Positions 1 through 9,556 are shown, numbered from the stretch's first letter. The stretch: 64,000 nt of DNA from Candidatus Pyrohabitans jungbluthii (GCA_002010065.2 MTMD02000008.1:256001-320000); one strand, 5' to 3'. The notes: a model not told the origin generated them from the sequence alone. A program made the numbers and translations.

Positions 1-205
1 GAATGCGCTCCAGCCTTTCAAGGCTCGGTCCAGCGCCGAAGATGTTCACCCGCTTGCCGGAGATGAGGGAATCCAGAACGGTTAGAGGCAGACGGCTCTT
101 CACCAGCGAGGCGAGAAGCCTGGCAGCAGCTTTATCTTCCTCCTCGGAGAAGCCGAAGTCCACAAGAATTTCGCGGTATATGGTGCGCCATTCCTCGTAG
201 TGCAT
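1..205 (-). CDS. mptE: 6-hydroxymethyl-7,8-dihydropterin pyrophosphokinase MptE-like (DUF115), 5' part, truncated by window edge
   Basis: Manual minus-strand translation from ATG 205: MHYEEWRTIYREILVDFGFSEEEDKAAARLL...VNIFGAGPSLE, matching the typical MptE N-terminus (W..IY..I...FG..., GAGPSL). Confidence 0.75.
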   Translation of the reverse strand, partial: MHYEEWRTIYREILVDFGFSEEEDKAAARLLASLVKSRLPLTVLDSLISGKRVNIFGAGPSLERLERI

Positions 206-409
206 ATAACTCACCTTAAGGTGGGATGCTATCGAGGAAAAATAAAAGATGTTTTGATAGTCACTAAGGTTAGTGGAGTGCCCGAGTTCTGGAGCAGCTT
301 AAAATCTATCTCGCTGAACTCATGCATAGATAAGTGAATATTGCGGTACTTACCAGACTGCGACAAGATTATATATCGTTAATCTGTTAATAACGATAGA
401 GGGAAGAAA

Positions 410-736
410 ATGATAACTCTTCAAGTTATTGACGATATCGTCTCTGAAATAAAGAAATTTCTTCTCAAGCATTACGGAGAAAAGATAAAGAAGGTTATCG
501 TTTACGGCTCTTTTGCGAGAGGCGAAGCCACACCTGATTCTGATATTGACCTTTTAGTTGTGGTTGATGATTCTCTTGATCCAAGGAAGGTCGAAGAGAA
601 GCTCGATGATCTACTATTTGAGATTTTGCTGAACAGAAAGGAGCTAGTTTCTGTTATTGCAGTTAAGGAGACGATGTTTGAAAACTACAGGTCGCCTTTA
701 CTGCTGAATGTAAAAGAAGAGGGCATTACAGTATGA
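410..736 (+). CDS. Minimal nucleotidyltransferase (MNT antitoxin)
   Basis: YGSFARGEATPDSDIDLLVV (GS..RG....SD.D) motif, 108 aa. Confidence 0.9.
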   Translation: MITLQVIDDIVSEIKKFLLKHYGEKIKKVIVYGSFARGEATPDSDIDLLVVVDDSLDPRKVEEKLDDLLFEILLNRKELVSVIAVKETMFENYRSPLLLNVKEEGITV

Positions 737-820
737 GAGAAGTGGACGACCTCATTAATAAGGCAAAGAGGTTTTTGAGAACCGCCGAGCTTGCCTTTAA
801 TGACGGTGACTACGATTCCA
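733..820 (+). pseudogene. Truncated HEPN-domain gene (partner of MNT)
   Basis: MREVDDLINKAKRFLRTAELAFNDGDYDST is a HEPN N-terminus overlapping the MNT stop. Similarity ends near 820, where an opposite-strand gene remnant begins. Confidence 0.7.
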
Positions 821-1043
821 CTAAATCGGATATAATCTCTCTAATTTCTCTGAAAACCCCTCAATATCTGGCTTCTCACAATATTTATGCATTTCAGGAT
901 TTTCAACTGGATGCTTATGCCAGCCACCAAGATTATCATACCCAAATGTCCTTTTTCCTTCCATTATTAATGCAAAGTCAATTATCATTTGAAGAATTAT
1001 AGTAAATATCAAAATATAAACGTTCACGAAATTTTATTCTCAT
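821..1043 (-). pseudogene. Frameshifted DUF6516/TumE-like toxin remnant
   Basis: MRIKFRERLYFDIYYNSSND* then a frame change into DFALIMEGKRTFGYDNLGGWHKHP (YDN...H.H motif). Confidence 0.55.
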
Positions 1044-1335
1044 TAAGCAGTTCGAGCCACCTCTCTTTTTCCATCTCCAGCGCTTCCCATTCTATGTAAT
1101 CTGCCTCCACTTCATGGGAATATTTGTCTTTTATCTCCCCGGCTTCCCATGCATGTCGAAATTCTTCAAATTTCATCCTATATTTTGATTCAAAGTTTGC
1201 AATCAGCTCGTTGCATTCTTTTATTTTTGATTTTATTACTTATCTTGCGAGATTGCCCAGTTTTTCGCTATAATCTCGCTCTGTAAATAAATCAAGGATA
1301 TTTCTTGTTTTTTCATCAATAGTAAGTGTGACCAT
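1024..1335 (-). pseudogene. Antitoxin-like gene with an internal stop codon
   Basis: MVTLTIDEKTRNILDLFTERDYSEKLGNLAR*VIKSKIKECNELIANFESKYRMKFEEF...ADYIEWEALE: one in-frame TAA near 1240; FE.KY.M.F.EF and D..EW motifs of archaeal antitoxins. Confidence 0.65.
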
Positions 1336-1379
1336 TTTAGAACACCTCAACATTTCTAATTTATGTTTTTAGTTTTTAA

Positions 1380-1560
1380 ATTCATTAATTTTAACCTCAA
1401 AAGCAATTCATCAAAGCTCTGTGGCTGCCTCAAGTCTACCTCGCCAAATTCATACCTGAAAAAGTGAATCCCCTCCTCTTTAATCCTCCTCGGCACGCTC
1501 TCGGCTATCAGCACACCCGCAACGCACTCCTCGCCGAGGATTACGAAGTTTTCTGGCTGG
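1380..1560 (-). pseudogene. 3' fragment of an unidentified gene
   Basis: GC-richer stretch translating to QPENFVILGEECVAGVLIAESVPRRIKEEGIHFFRYEFGEVDLRQPQSFDELLLRLKLMNL, with no convincing start or RBS. Confidence 0.35.
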
Positions 1561-1650
1561 ACATGTCATAGGGTTTTGTATGTTAGATTAATAACCGTTA
1601 GTTTTTTAAGTAAGTTAAAAATATGATTGATAATATAGGGGGTATGGAAT

Positions 1651-2379
1651 ATGCCATTTACATCAAGATTCATTTGCATGTCCCCAAGAGAGACACCAAG
1701 TATAGAAGAAATACGAAGAATTATTGAAGAAAGAGATGTTATAAAAAGTAAAATAGAAAATGAATTTAAATTGGAATCTTGGATAAAACTTTCACCTACT
1801 TTAGTTTCTTATAAAGATGAAAAATTTTTAGAAGGTGTTATATTCCACCAACACATCCAAAAAATACCAGATTATGTAAGAAAGGGAAGAGATATAGAGG
1901 AGATCTATCAGCCTATAAGAAAAACTAGTAAAGTTCGGTTTTGGTTTTCATCAAATCCAGGAGTCGTTTTATTTAATAATAGGCAGAATGGAAACACTTT
2001 TGGGAGAAGGATCTTATCTTTAGCTATATTTAACATTGAAGATCGCATTCTTCCAGTGACTTTTAGGATTTCCGACATAGAAAAAGATTATTATGAGACT
2101 GTATGGACGCATAGTTTCCAGAATAGACAAGGGAATATAATTAAAGGTCAACATTATGGAAATCAAATAGTAAATGATCCTATGTATGGAGAAACAATAG
2201 GAGCGCCAAGAAACTTTATTGGTGTTCTTTCTAGTTCGACGAATCCTGCATTTAAGGTTAGAATTAATAGAAATGGCGTAATTACAATTTTCAAAGATTT
2301 AAATGACCCAGCAGAACTACCAACAGTATTCAGAATTATACATGAATTTTTACCTTATTCAGTTGCTACTTATTACTAG
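1651..2379 (+). CDS. Hypothetical protein (AT-rich island)
   Basis: 242-aa ORF with upstream GGGGG RBS-like sequence; no family recognised. Confidence 0.75.
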   Translation: MPFTSRFICMSPRETPSIEEIRRIIEERDVIKSKIENEFKLESWIKLSPTLVSYKDEKFLEGVIFHQHIQKIPDYVRKGRDIEEIYQPIRKTSKVRFWFSSNPGVVLFNNRQNGNTFGRRILSLAIFNIEDRILPVTFRISDIEKDYYETVWTHSFQNRQGNIIKGQHYGNQIVNDPMYGETIGAPRNFIGVLSSSTNPAFKVRINRNGVITIFKDLNDPAELPTVFRIIHEFLPYSVATYY

Positions 2380-2390
2380 TAGAGATAAAA

Positions 2391-3056
2391 TTAGTAAATA
2401 AGAACAATATATTTTTTAACAGCTTCTAGTACATTTAACAAGTTTTTAGAATTTATCTGAACTGTTTTTTTGCCTACAATTACATCAAGATCGAGTTGTT
2501 CATCTTTTATTCTTTTCTTTTCGAACCAATATTCATCTTCAGGTTCTTTTTTGATTTCTATATTTACATTTGTAAATTTTGGTGTTTTACTGATATGTTT
2601 TTCCAGAATTTCAATTATTCTCTCTATTCGGTTTAGGTATTTTCTAGTATATTCATCGTCTCGAAAGTGACAGGTTATAAAACCTTTTAGTTTTATTAAC
2701 ACTTCCGTATTATTAATATCGGTATTGGATGGTATCTCAGCAGAAAGAGATTCTAAATCAATTTCTGGATGAAGTTCAAGCGTTATAGGGATTTGCAGGT
2801 CTTTATACCAAACTTCTAGATGGTTTTCATTGTATATTATTTCCTTAACAGGAAATATCTCCCTAAAATCTCTGTGGATAGTTCGAAAATCTATATTATA
2901 CAATCCAATATAGATTCTCGTAACCTTAAGATAAAGTATAAATTTAGCATTTTTTATCCAAAGATAAAATTTTTTGTAGCTAAATTTAACTATTCTATAA
3001 ATTCTTCCAAGAATTTTCTCTAATATGATTTGAGAAATAATCTCCCAAATACTCAT
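2391..3056 (-). CDS. Hypothetical protein (AT-rich island)
   Basis: 221-aa ORF convergent with the previous gene, GGAG upstream. Confidence 0.7.
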   Translation of the reverse strand: MSIWEIISQIILEKILGRIYRIVKFSYKKFYLWIKNAKFILYLKVTRIYIGLYNIDFRTIHRDFREIFPVKEIIYNENHLEVWYKDLQIPITLELHPEIDLESLSAEIPSNTDINNTEVLIKLKGFITCHFRDDEYTRKYLNRIERIIEILEKHISKTPKFTNVNIEIKKEPEDEYWFEKKRIKDEQLDLDVIVGKKTVQINSKNLLNVLEAVKKYIVLIY

Positions 3057-3229
3057 ATATACAATTTCTCCTATACCTTCTCTGTTTTGGTTTGGTGCTA
3101 TTGTTAGATTCTTAAGTTACTATTAATTCATAATCTTTACCCCTCAAATAGGTAGTATGCCTAATATTTATATAGTAATTATGTAATAATTATATTAAAA
3201 TGTAACAATTGGTAATGGTGGTTGGAAAA

Positions 3230-3361
3230 ATGAACAAAATAAAGATGCAACCTAAAGAAGCGAGATGTCTAAACTGTGGTTCAACCTCACTTAAGTACAG
3301 GAAAAGGTTTGATGATTTTGTATGTCTTAAATGTGGTGATATTTTTGTACCAATGATGTAA
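3230..3361 (+). CDS. Small zinc-ribbon microprotein (CxxC...CxxC)
   Basis: Manual translation MNKIKMQPKEARCLNCGSTSLKYRKRFDDFVCLKCGDIFVPMM*, 43 aa, below the ORF-track cutoff; GGTGG upstream. Confidence 0.7.
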   Translation: MNKIKMQPKEARCLNCGSTSLKYRKRFDDFVCLKCGDIFVPMM

Positions 3362-3380
3362 ACAGACCTAAATTTATAAT

Positions 3381-3644
3381 TTATTTTGTTAATTTACTAA
3401 TCTCATTTAGTATTTCCTTTCCTTTTTTTGTGATTGTGTAGAGTTTCATTTTTCTCCTTTCAGGAGTTAAACACATTATCAGATTTTTATCTTCTAATTC
3501 TTTTAATGTTTTGCTAACGTGACTTCTGGGCACTTTTAGAGAAGATGCCAAATTTGACGGTGTCTTTTGTGAATTTTTCAATTCTACTAATATTCTAAAT
3601 CGAAGTTTTCCAGACATAACGAAACTTATAGAGTTCCAATCCAT
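3381..3644 (-). CDS. Winged-helix transcriptional regulator (ArsR/MarR-like)
   Basis: KTPSNLASSLKVPRSHVSKTLKELEDKNLI...LYTITKKG wHTH. Confidence 0.85.
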   Translation of the reverse strand: MDWNSISFVMSGKLRFRILVELKNSQKTPSNLASSLKVPRSHVSKTLKELEDKNLIMCLTPERRKMKLYTITKKGKEILNEISKLTK

Positions 3645-3734
3645 GCTTACACAATATTTATTACGATATTTTAAATTAGTTATACAATTTTGTAATTAAA
3701 CATTTAATCACCTTTTTCAAAAATGTTATGAATC

Positions 3735-4289
3735 ATGGACTTAAGTGACCTAATTGGTCCTAGAAAACCACCTAATATAGGAATTTCCCCAAAAAAATAT
3801 CGTGAAACATATATAAAGTCACCATCAGAGGATGAAGTATCAAAATTTTCTGAAAATCCGCGTAACGCTTATGGAAAATGGTATGAGCACGTTATAAATG
3901 AACAAATACGTAAAATTTGTTCAAAACGAAGATGGAATTTTGATACACATGTGGATATGGGATATAGCAAAGTTTATCTAAGCAAGCGATATGCTGATAT
4001 TGTAGTAAATGGTGAATTAGGATTAGAACTAAAATTTCTTAAAGGTGGAGGTTCTCTTATAAAACCGAAGTGTCTTGTTGATGCTATTGATTTTTCAAAT
4101 CGTCCTATTGATACGATATATTTAATTGATGGAGAGGGGTGGCTTATAGGTAAGAAAGTAAAATACATAGAATATTTGAATAAGTGGTGGACTTTTACCA
4201 ATTCTGCAAATCTCGAATATTCATTGGTTAAATATTTTAATAAAAAGAAAAATAGGAAAAAAACCAAAAAATATAAAATAAATTTTTAA
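3735..4289 (+). CDS. PD-(D/E)xK nuclease, DpnII-like restriction endonuclease candidate
   Basis: G..YE helix, ADIVV..ELGLELKF catalytic pattern, GGGS and IDGEGW motifs resembling the DpnII C-terminal domain. Confidence 0.6.
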   Translation: MDLSDLIGPRKPPNIGISPKKYRETYIKSPSEDEVSKFSENPRNAYGKWYEHVINEQIRKICSKRRWNFDTHVDMGYSKVYLSKRYADIVVNGELGLELKFLKGGGSLIKPKCLVDAIDFSNRPIDTIYLIDGEGWLIGKKVKYIEYLNKWWTFTNSANLEYSLVKYFNKKKNRKKTKKYKINF

Positions 4290-4376
4290 ATCTAAGTTCT
4301 CAAACATTTAGTAACATATTACTTATGATTTTTTGTAATCATTATTTTAAACTGCTTCTCAAGCATAATTGCATTG

Positions 4377-4934
4377 ATGCGTATCGAAGAAGCGTATCAA
4401 TTATTAAGAAGACTAGCTCCTAGGCAGAGAATAGAAGTATACAAAGGCTTTGATGGCACAATTATAACAGCTACAAGAACAGATAAAATATGTCCACATG
4501 ACTTCGCAGTTGGATTGGTAATACCTGGAAGAAGAGAATTTTACCCGACGCATGTGAGACTTCTTTTTGACCTTTACCTGAAAAGGATAACTGACGGTGA
4601 AAATGCAAAAAAGCTGTTCTGTGCACTTGAAGACGTTTTTAGAGGAGAAGATCCTGAAAAGTTGGCAAAGGATTTTGAAGGAGTTAAGTTTAGGATGCAA
4701 TTAGATAATTGCGATGTCAATTTGTATTATGCTCAACTTTTAATGATTGAGCAGGATTTCAATTATGGAAAAGATGGATGTAAAAGCAGCAAATATAACC
4801 CTGCAAGAACTTACCTAATGGGATATATAAGATGGGTTGCTTCTGGAGACGATGAAATAGATAAAATCATAACAGGAGCTGTTCGAAACTATCCACCTCG
4901 AGTGAAATATATAGAGCCATTAGATTGTGAGTGA
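4377..4934 (+). CDS. Hypothetical protein convergent with Dam-type methylase
   Basis: 185-aa ORF whose 3' end overlaps the methylase 3' end. Confidence 0.75.
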   Translation: MRIEEAYQLLRRLAPRQRIEVYKGFDGTIITATRTDKICPHDFAVGLVIPGRREFYPTHVRLLFDLYLKRITDGENAKKLFCALEDVFRGEDPEKLAKDFEGVKFRMQLDNCDVNLYYAQLLMIEQDFNYGKDGCKSSKYNPARTYLMGYIRWVASGDDEIDKIITGAVRNYPPRVKYIEPLDCE

Positions 4935-5777
4935 GTAATTTTCATAATTTAAAATTACTAACTCGTTAATAGCTCCTCTCTTATCAGCTTTACTATTAAT
5001 AGCTCTTCTTGCTTTTACTTTGTGTATTTTCAATCCATCATAACTATATAGATTTTTAATAAACTCCGTGTCACTATTACTTAGCATAAGTAGACAACCT
5101 CGTTCATCAAGCTTTCTATAAACTTCTGCAAGTTTTCTTTGCTCATCATCTAAGAAAGCATCCTTGGTATAACTTGTGAAATTGGCGGTTTTGGAAAGGG
5201 GGTAATAAGGTGGGTCAAAATATATAAAATCCCCGCTTTCTGCATCTTCTAATACCTTTTCAAAAGATTGAAGTTTAATAGTTACTCCCTGTAATAACTT
5301 GTGAGCTTTTCTGAGATTTTCCTCATTTACAATATTTGGGTTTTTATATCTACCAAAAGGAACGTTAAATTTTCCTTTAGAATTGACACGATATAAACCA
5401 TTGTAGCATGTTTTATTTAAATATAAAAATCTGGCAGCCTTCTCTACGTCTGAAAGTTCATTTACATCAATTTCTCTTATCTTATAATAATACTCTTTGC
5501 AGTGGTTTCTTTTATGTACCTTTAATAGCTTTATCAATTCTTCTAGATTATCCCTAACCACTATATAAGTATTTATCAAATCTTCGTTGTTATCAGAGAT
5601 TATAACTTTTTTTGGATTGTATTTTCGTTTTATATAAAAAAATACTGCTCCACTTCCCACAAAAGGTTCAAGATAACCATTAAACTTCTTAGGAAAGAAT
5701 TTCTTAAATTGATCAAGAAGCTGAGTCTTTCCGCCAGCCCACTTGACAAAAGTTGGGACTGTATTATTTCGAGGCAT
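4920..5777 (-). CDS. dam: Dam/DpnM-family DNA adenine methyltransferase (D12 class)
   Basis: KWAGGK, EPFVGSGAV, NGLYRVNSKGKFNVPFG, DPPY motifs. Confidence 0.92.
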   Translation of the reverse strand: MPRNNTVPTFVKWAGGKTQLLDQFKKFFPKKFNGYLEPFVGSGAVFFYIKRKYNPKKVIISDNNEDLINTYIVVRDNLEELIKLLKVHKRNHCKEYYYKIREIDVNELSDVEKAARFLYLNKTCYNGLYRVNSKGKFNVPFGRYKNPNIVNEENLRKAHKLLQGVTIKLQSFEKVLEDAESGDFIYFDPPYYPLSKTANFTSYTKDAFLDDEQRKLAEVYRKLDERGCLLMLSNSDTEFIKNLYSYDGLKIHKVKARRAINSKADKRGAINELVILNYENYSLTI

Positions 5778-5827
5778 GATTGATCTATTACACAACAATT
5801 AAAATGTTTCTACTCCTATATACTATC

Positions 5828-6751
5828 ATGAGTTATGATAGGTCAAAGTACAGAGAAATGCAGGAGGTCATCCACGAAGACTACCTCAACTTCCGCAAAA
5901 CTCACTCTTATGTCGTCATCGAAAATGTAAAGGTCGCTCTTCCAGAGCGTCATGTTATAAAAAAGTTCGCCCCAAAGGATTTTAAGCTTGAAACGACGAC
6001 GGTGTGGAGCTTCCCGGCGCGCGGGGACTGGGCGACGCACCGCGGAAATTACCGGGGCAACTGGTCCCCCTACATACCGAGAAACCTCATCCTGCGCTAC
6101 ACCAAGAAAGGCGAGCTTGTGCTCGACCAGATGGTTGGCTCAGGTACTACGGCGGTGGAATGCAAGCTTCTGCAGAGGCGCTGCATAGCCGTGGACATCA
6201 ACCCGGACGCGGTAATGGTTACCCGAAACCGCCTCGACTTCTCCTATGCCCACCTCGACGAGGAGTATGAGGAACCGGAGATAAGAACTTATGTGGGCGA
6301 CGCACGCAACCTCAACCTAATACCCAGCGAGAGTGTTGACCTCATTGCAACGCACCCGCCCTACGCTGGCATAATCGCATACTCTGCAAAACGCGTTCCT
6401 GGCGATTTATCCTCACTTAAGCTGGAGGATTACATAGAGGAGATGCGCAAGGTTGCTGAGGAGTGCTACCGCGTGCTCAAGCCGGGGAAGCACTGTGCCG
6501 TGCTAATTGGAGATACCCGCAAACACAAGCACTATGTGCCCATAGCCACGAGGGTGCTGCAAGCCTTCCTCGACGCTGGCTTTGTTCTGCGTGAGGAGGT
6601 GATAAAGCTTCAGTGGAAAATGAAAACAACGCGCGAAAGGTGGCGCGGCAGCTACGATTTTCTGCTAATTGCTCATGAGCACCTCTATATCTTCAGGAAG
6701 CTGGCAGAAGGGGAAAAGGCGAGCAAATACAAAGCGAGTGCGAGGTGGTAG
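5828..6751 (+). CDS. N4/N6 DNA methyltransferase (TRM11-like SAM-dependent)
   Basis: TTVWSFPARGDWATH, LDQMVGSGTT, THPPY motifs. Confidence 0.8.
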   Translation: MSYDRSKYREMQEVIHEDYLNFRKTHSYVVIENVKVALPERHVIKKFAPKDFKLETTTVWSFPARGDWATHRGNYRGNWSPYIPRNLILRYTKKGELVLDQMVGSGTTAVECKLLQRRCIAVDINPDAVMVTRNRLDFSYAHLDEEYEEPEIRTYVGDARNLNLIPSESVDLIATHPPYAGIIAYSAKRVPGDLSSLKLEDYIEEMRKVAEECYRVLKPGKHCAVLIGDTRKHKHYVPIATRVLQAFLDAGFVLREEVIKLQWKMKTTRERWRGSYDFLLIAHEHLYIFRKLAEGEKASKYKASARW

Positions 6752-6810
6752 GTAAAGTGTATCCTTTAAATGGTAGAATGTTAAGAAATAATATAGAGTG
6801 AGGCTAAGAT

Positions 6811-7056
6811 ATGGAGAGAATAGTTGTTGACCCGAAAATAATGGCAGGAAAACCTGTGATAAAGGGCACACGAATACCCGTAGATGCAATTCTCAGAGCT
6901 CTTGCTGAGGGACTGAACGTAGATGAGCTTCTGGAGGACTATCCACAACTAACCCGTGAAGACATGAGGGCTGCGTTGATTTACAGTGCAAAACTGGTGA
7001 GCTCAGAGGACGTGTTTCCCAATGTTGCTGGCGGGCAAGGTGAAAAAGCTTGGTGA
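6811..7056 (+). CDS. DUF433 antitoxin
   Basis: IVVDPKIMAGKPVIKGTRIPV...LEDYPQLT. Confidence 0.9.
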   Translation: MERIVVDPKIMAGKPVIKGTRIPVDAILRALAEGLNVDELLEDYPQLTREDMRAALIYSAKLVSSEDVFPNVAGGQGEKAW

Positions 7057-7406
7057 AGTTCCTGGTTGACGAAAGCTCCGGCAAGAAACTTTGCAATAAC
7101 CTTATTGCGAAAGGTTATGACGCAGTTTATGTCAGCGATGTAATTCCAGGCTCACCTGATGAGGGGGTACTTAAATTTGCCGAAAGAGAGGGCAGGATAC
7201 TGATAACCAATGACAAAGATTTTGCCGAGCTTGTTTTTAGGCTGCGCAAACCCAGCAGTGGGGCTATTCTCCTAAGACTAAAAAGAGATGTTCCCAAAAC
7301 AAGAACAGATTATCTGCTCTCTTTAATACAGGGTCAGGAAAATAAGCTGCCAGGAAGGTTTACCGTTCTAACAGAGATGGGTAATAGAGTTAGAAGAATA
7401 GAATAG
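7050..7406 (+). CDS. DUF5615 PIN-like (Mut7-C-type) toxin
   Basis: KFLVDES...D..VLKFAEREGRILITNDKDF; overlaps the DUF433 gene. Confidence 0.88.
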   Translation: MVKFLVDESSGKKLCNNLIAKGYDAVYVSDVIPGSPDEGVLKFAEREGRILITNDKDFAELVFRLRKPSSGAILLRLKRDVPKTRTDYLLSLIQGQENKLPGRFTVLTEMGNRVRRIE

Positions 7407-7431
7407 GTAAGCAGGCAGCGCGAGGTGGTAG

Positions 7432-8109
7432 CTACTCCAGCACCCTTATCCCCTCTCGCGTAAAGCCCAGGCGGAGTATATCTTTGGGATGCTCAGTGCC
7501 CTTGAGCTTGCGCACCTGCAGCCCCGGCTTAAATGTAGATGGCGTCTCCCCCTGCTGTAGGTAGAGGTATATAACACCGTCCGCCATGTAACTCTCAGGC
7601 GCAGTCGTCGCCTCGGGAGAAAACTCCGCCACAAGCAGGGTTAGTGTCTCCATCGCCTTGAGCACAGTAAAGAACTCATGCAGGAAGCGGCGGTACTCCT
7701 GGGGCTCGGTGAAGGTGTACGAGAAGGGGGTTATGGAGTCTATCACCACTCTGCGAGCATCGCTCCGGCGTATGAAGTTTATGGTCATGTCCAGCGCTTT
7801 GCGAGCACCTCTCTTCATGAGCACCTCGCTTATGTCCAGAAACTTCACCAAGCCCTCGTCGACGAGACGGCGGTCGTAGAAGCGGTAGCTCGCCATATAC
7901 TTGTGAATCTGGTCCACCGGCTCTGAGATGGCGGTGACGTATATCCCGAGTTCTCCCAGCTTTGCTCCACGAAAGAGGCACTGCATGCAGAAGGTGGTTT
8001 TCCCTGTGCCGGGCTCGCCCGCGACGAGAATAACACTGGGCGTTGGCAAACCGCCGCCTATGCGCTCGTCCAAGCCCTTAACTCCGGTGGAGGCTCTCTT
8101 TATTTCCAT
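7432..8109 (-). CDS. KaiC/RAD55-family RecA-superfamily ATPase
   Basis: STGVKGLD, GEPGTGKT Walker A, RVVIDSI, KLKG. Confidence 0.9.
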   Translation of the reverse strand: MEIKRASTGVKGLDERIGGGLPTPSVILVAGEPGTGKTTFCMQCLFRGAKLGELGIYVTAISEPVDQIHKYMASYRFYDRRLVDEGLVKFLDISEVLMKRGARKALDMTINFIRRSDARRVVIDSITPFSYTFTEPQEYRRFLHEFFTVLKAMETLTLLVAEFSPEATTAPESYMADGVIYLYLQQGETPSTFKPGLQVRKLKGTEHPKDILRLGFTREGIRVLE

Positions 8110-8512
8110 GGTAACACCCTGCTCTCTTTCAGCGAAGCATCATTACTTTTGAACAGAAGTAGTATTTAAGCCTTGATTTAGAGCGTTGTGAAAGTGAAAT
8201 ACGGATGCCACATGTGTGGAGCACGGACTTAATCAGATGGTGCCTCGCAGCAGAGAGGATTAGATTCAATTTGTTTGTAGTCCTTTCCTGACACAATAAC
8301 TAAACAACAATCTTACTTTTTTACAGTTTGAGAAAAATAAATTATTTGTATCATGCCGGATAGGAATAAACTGAGGTTCGCCCAGAGACTATGCTTAAGC
8401 CAACTGCCAGAGTCTTAGGCTTTGCTACCTCCTGGGCAACCTCCCTCCTCACCTTTAACACAGCGCTTAACCGTCATACTCAGTATGTATTTTATCAGGC
8501 TAACCTAGGAAA

Positions 8513-9556
8513 TCAGTGCCAGTGCCTGTGATGTGTATCCGGGCAGTGAGGGTGGGTGTGTATAACCTCCTCATGCACATGCGCATGGATGTGGTAACCC
8601 TCTATTCCCTCGCTGTGCTCGTGGGTGTGGTGCCCGTCGTCGTGGCGGTGGTAGTGCTCGTGCACAACCCTAGCATGGTGATGCTCATGCGCATGGCTTT
8701 CGCTCACCATGAGCAGAGCTCCAGCGATCATGAGCAGAGTAGCAGGGAGCATAACCCAGCCCATCCACTCACCCAGAATCAAGACTGACACGGCAGCGCC
8801 CACAAAAGGCGCGAGACTGAAGAACGCCGCCGCTCTCGCAGCGCCAAGCCCCTGAAGCGCCATGATAAAGAGCACCAGGCTGAGACCATAACTGAAGGCA
8901 CCGAAGAGCAGGGCGATAATTATCGTTCCGCTGAGGGACAGGCTAATGCCAAGTGAAGCTGCAATGCCCAGTGATATCAGCCCGCCAGCTAAGCCCTTGC
9001 TCATTGCTATAAAAATGGGGTCTCTATCAGATATCATGCCTGTTAAGTTGTTGTCCAGGCCCCAGAAAAACATCGCAAGGACCACGAGCAATGAGCCCAG
9101 AACATTAAACTGCCCCAGGCTGGAATCCCATGTTAAGAGCACTCCACCTATGCTCATGGAGAGGAGAGCCGCCCAGAAGCGTTTTCCCGCATGCTCTTTG
9201 AATATCATAAAGGCGATTAAGGCGGTGGCAATGCTTTCGAGGTTGAGCAGCAGGGAGGTGGCAAAACCTGAGATTAAACTCAGCCCCTTCATTAACAGGA
9301 TGGGGGCGAGCACACCGCCGGCAATTATGGCACCCCCTAGCCAGGGTATGTCCTGCTTTCTAAGGTAAATCTTCCTCTCCGCGCCAAGACTTCTTTTGAC
9401 AGCCCAGAATAGGAATAAGCCAAAGAAGGCGCCAAGATAGAGAAAACCAGCCAAAGCTACCGGTGGAATCTCTCTCACAAGGATTTTGGCTATTGGGGGG
9501 CTGATTCCAAATAAAATGGCTGATAATAATATGTAAGCCAGTGAACGCGCGTTCAT
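8513..9556 (-). CDS. DMT/EamA transporter with His-rich C-terminal tail
   Basis: About 10 TM segments followed by ~60 aa of HxH repeats ending HPHCPDTHHRHWH. Confidence 0.85.
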   Translation of the reverse strand: MNARSLAYILLSAILFGISPPIAKILVREIPPVALAGFLYLGAFFGLFLFWAVKRSLGAERKIYLRKQDIPWLGGAIIAGGVLAPILLMKGLSLISGFATSLLLNLESIATALIAFMIFKEHAGKRFWAALLSMSIGGVLLTWDSSLGQFNVLGSLLVVLAMFFWGLDNNLTGMISDRDPIFIAMSKGLAGGLISLGIAASLGISLSLSGTIIIALLFGAFSYGLSLVLFIMALQGLGAARAAAFFSLAPFVGAAVSVLILGEWMGWVMLPATLLMIAGALLMVSESHAHEHHHARVVHEHYHRHDDGHHTHEHSEGIEGYHIHAHVHEEVIHTHPHCPDTHHRHWH

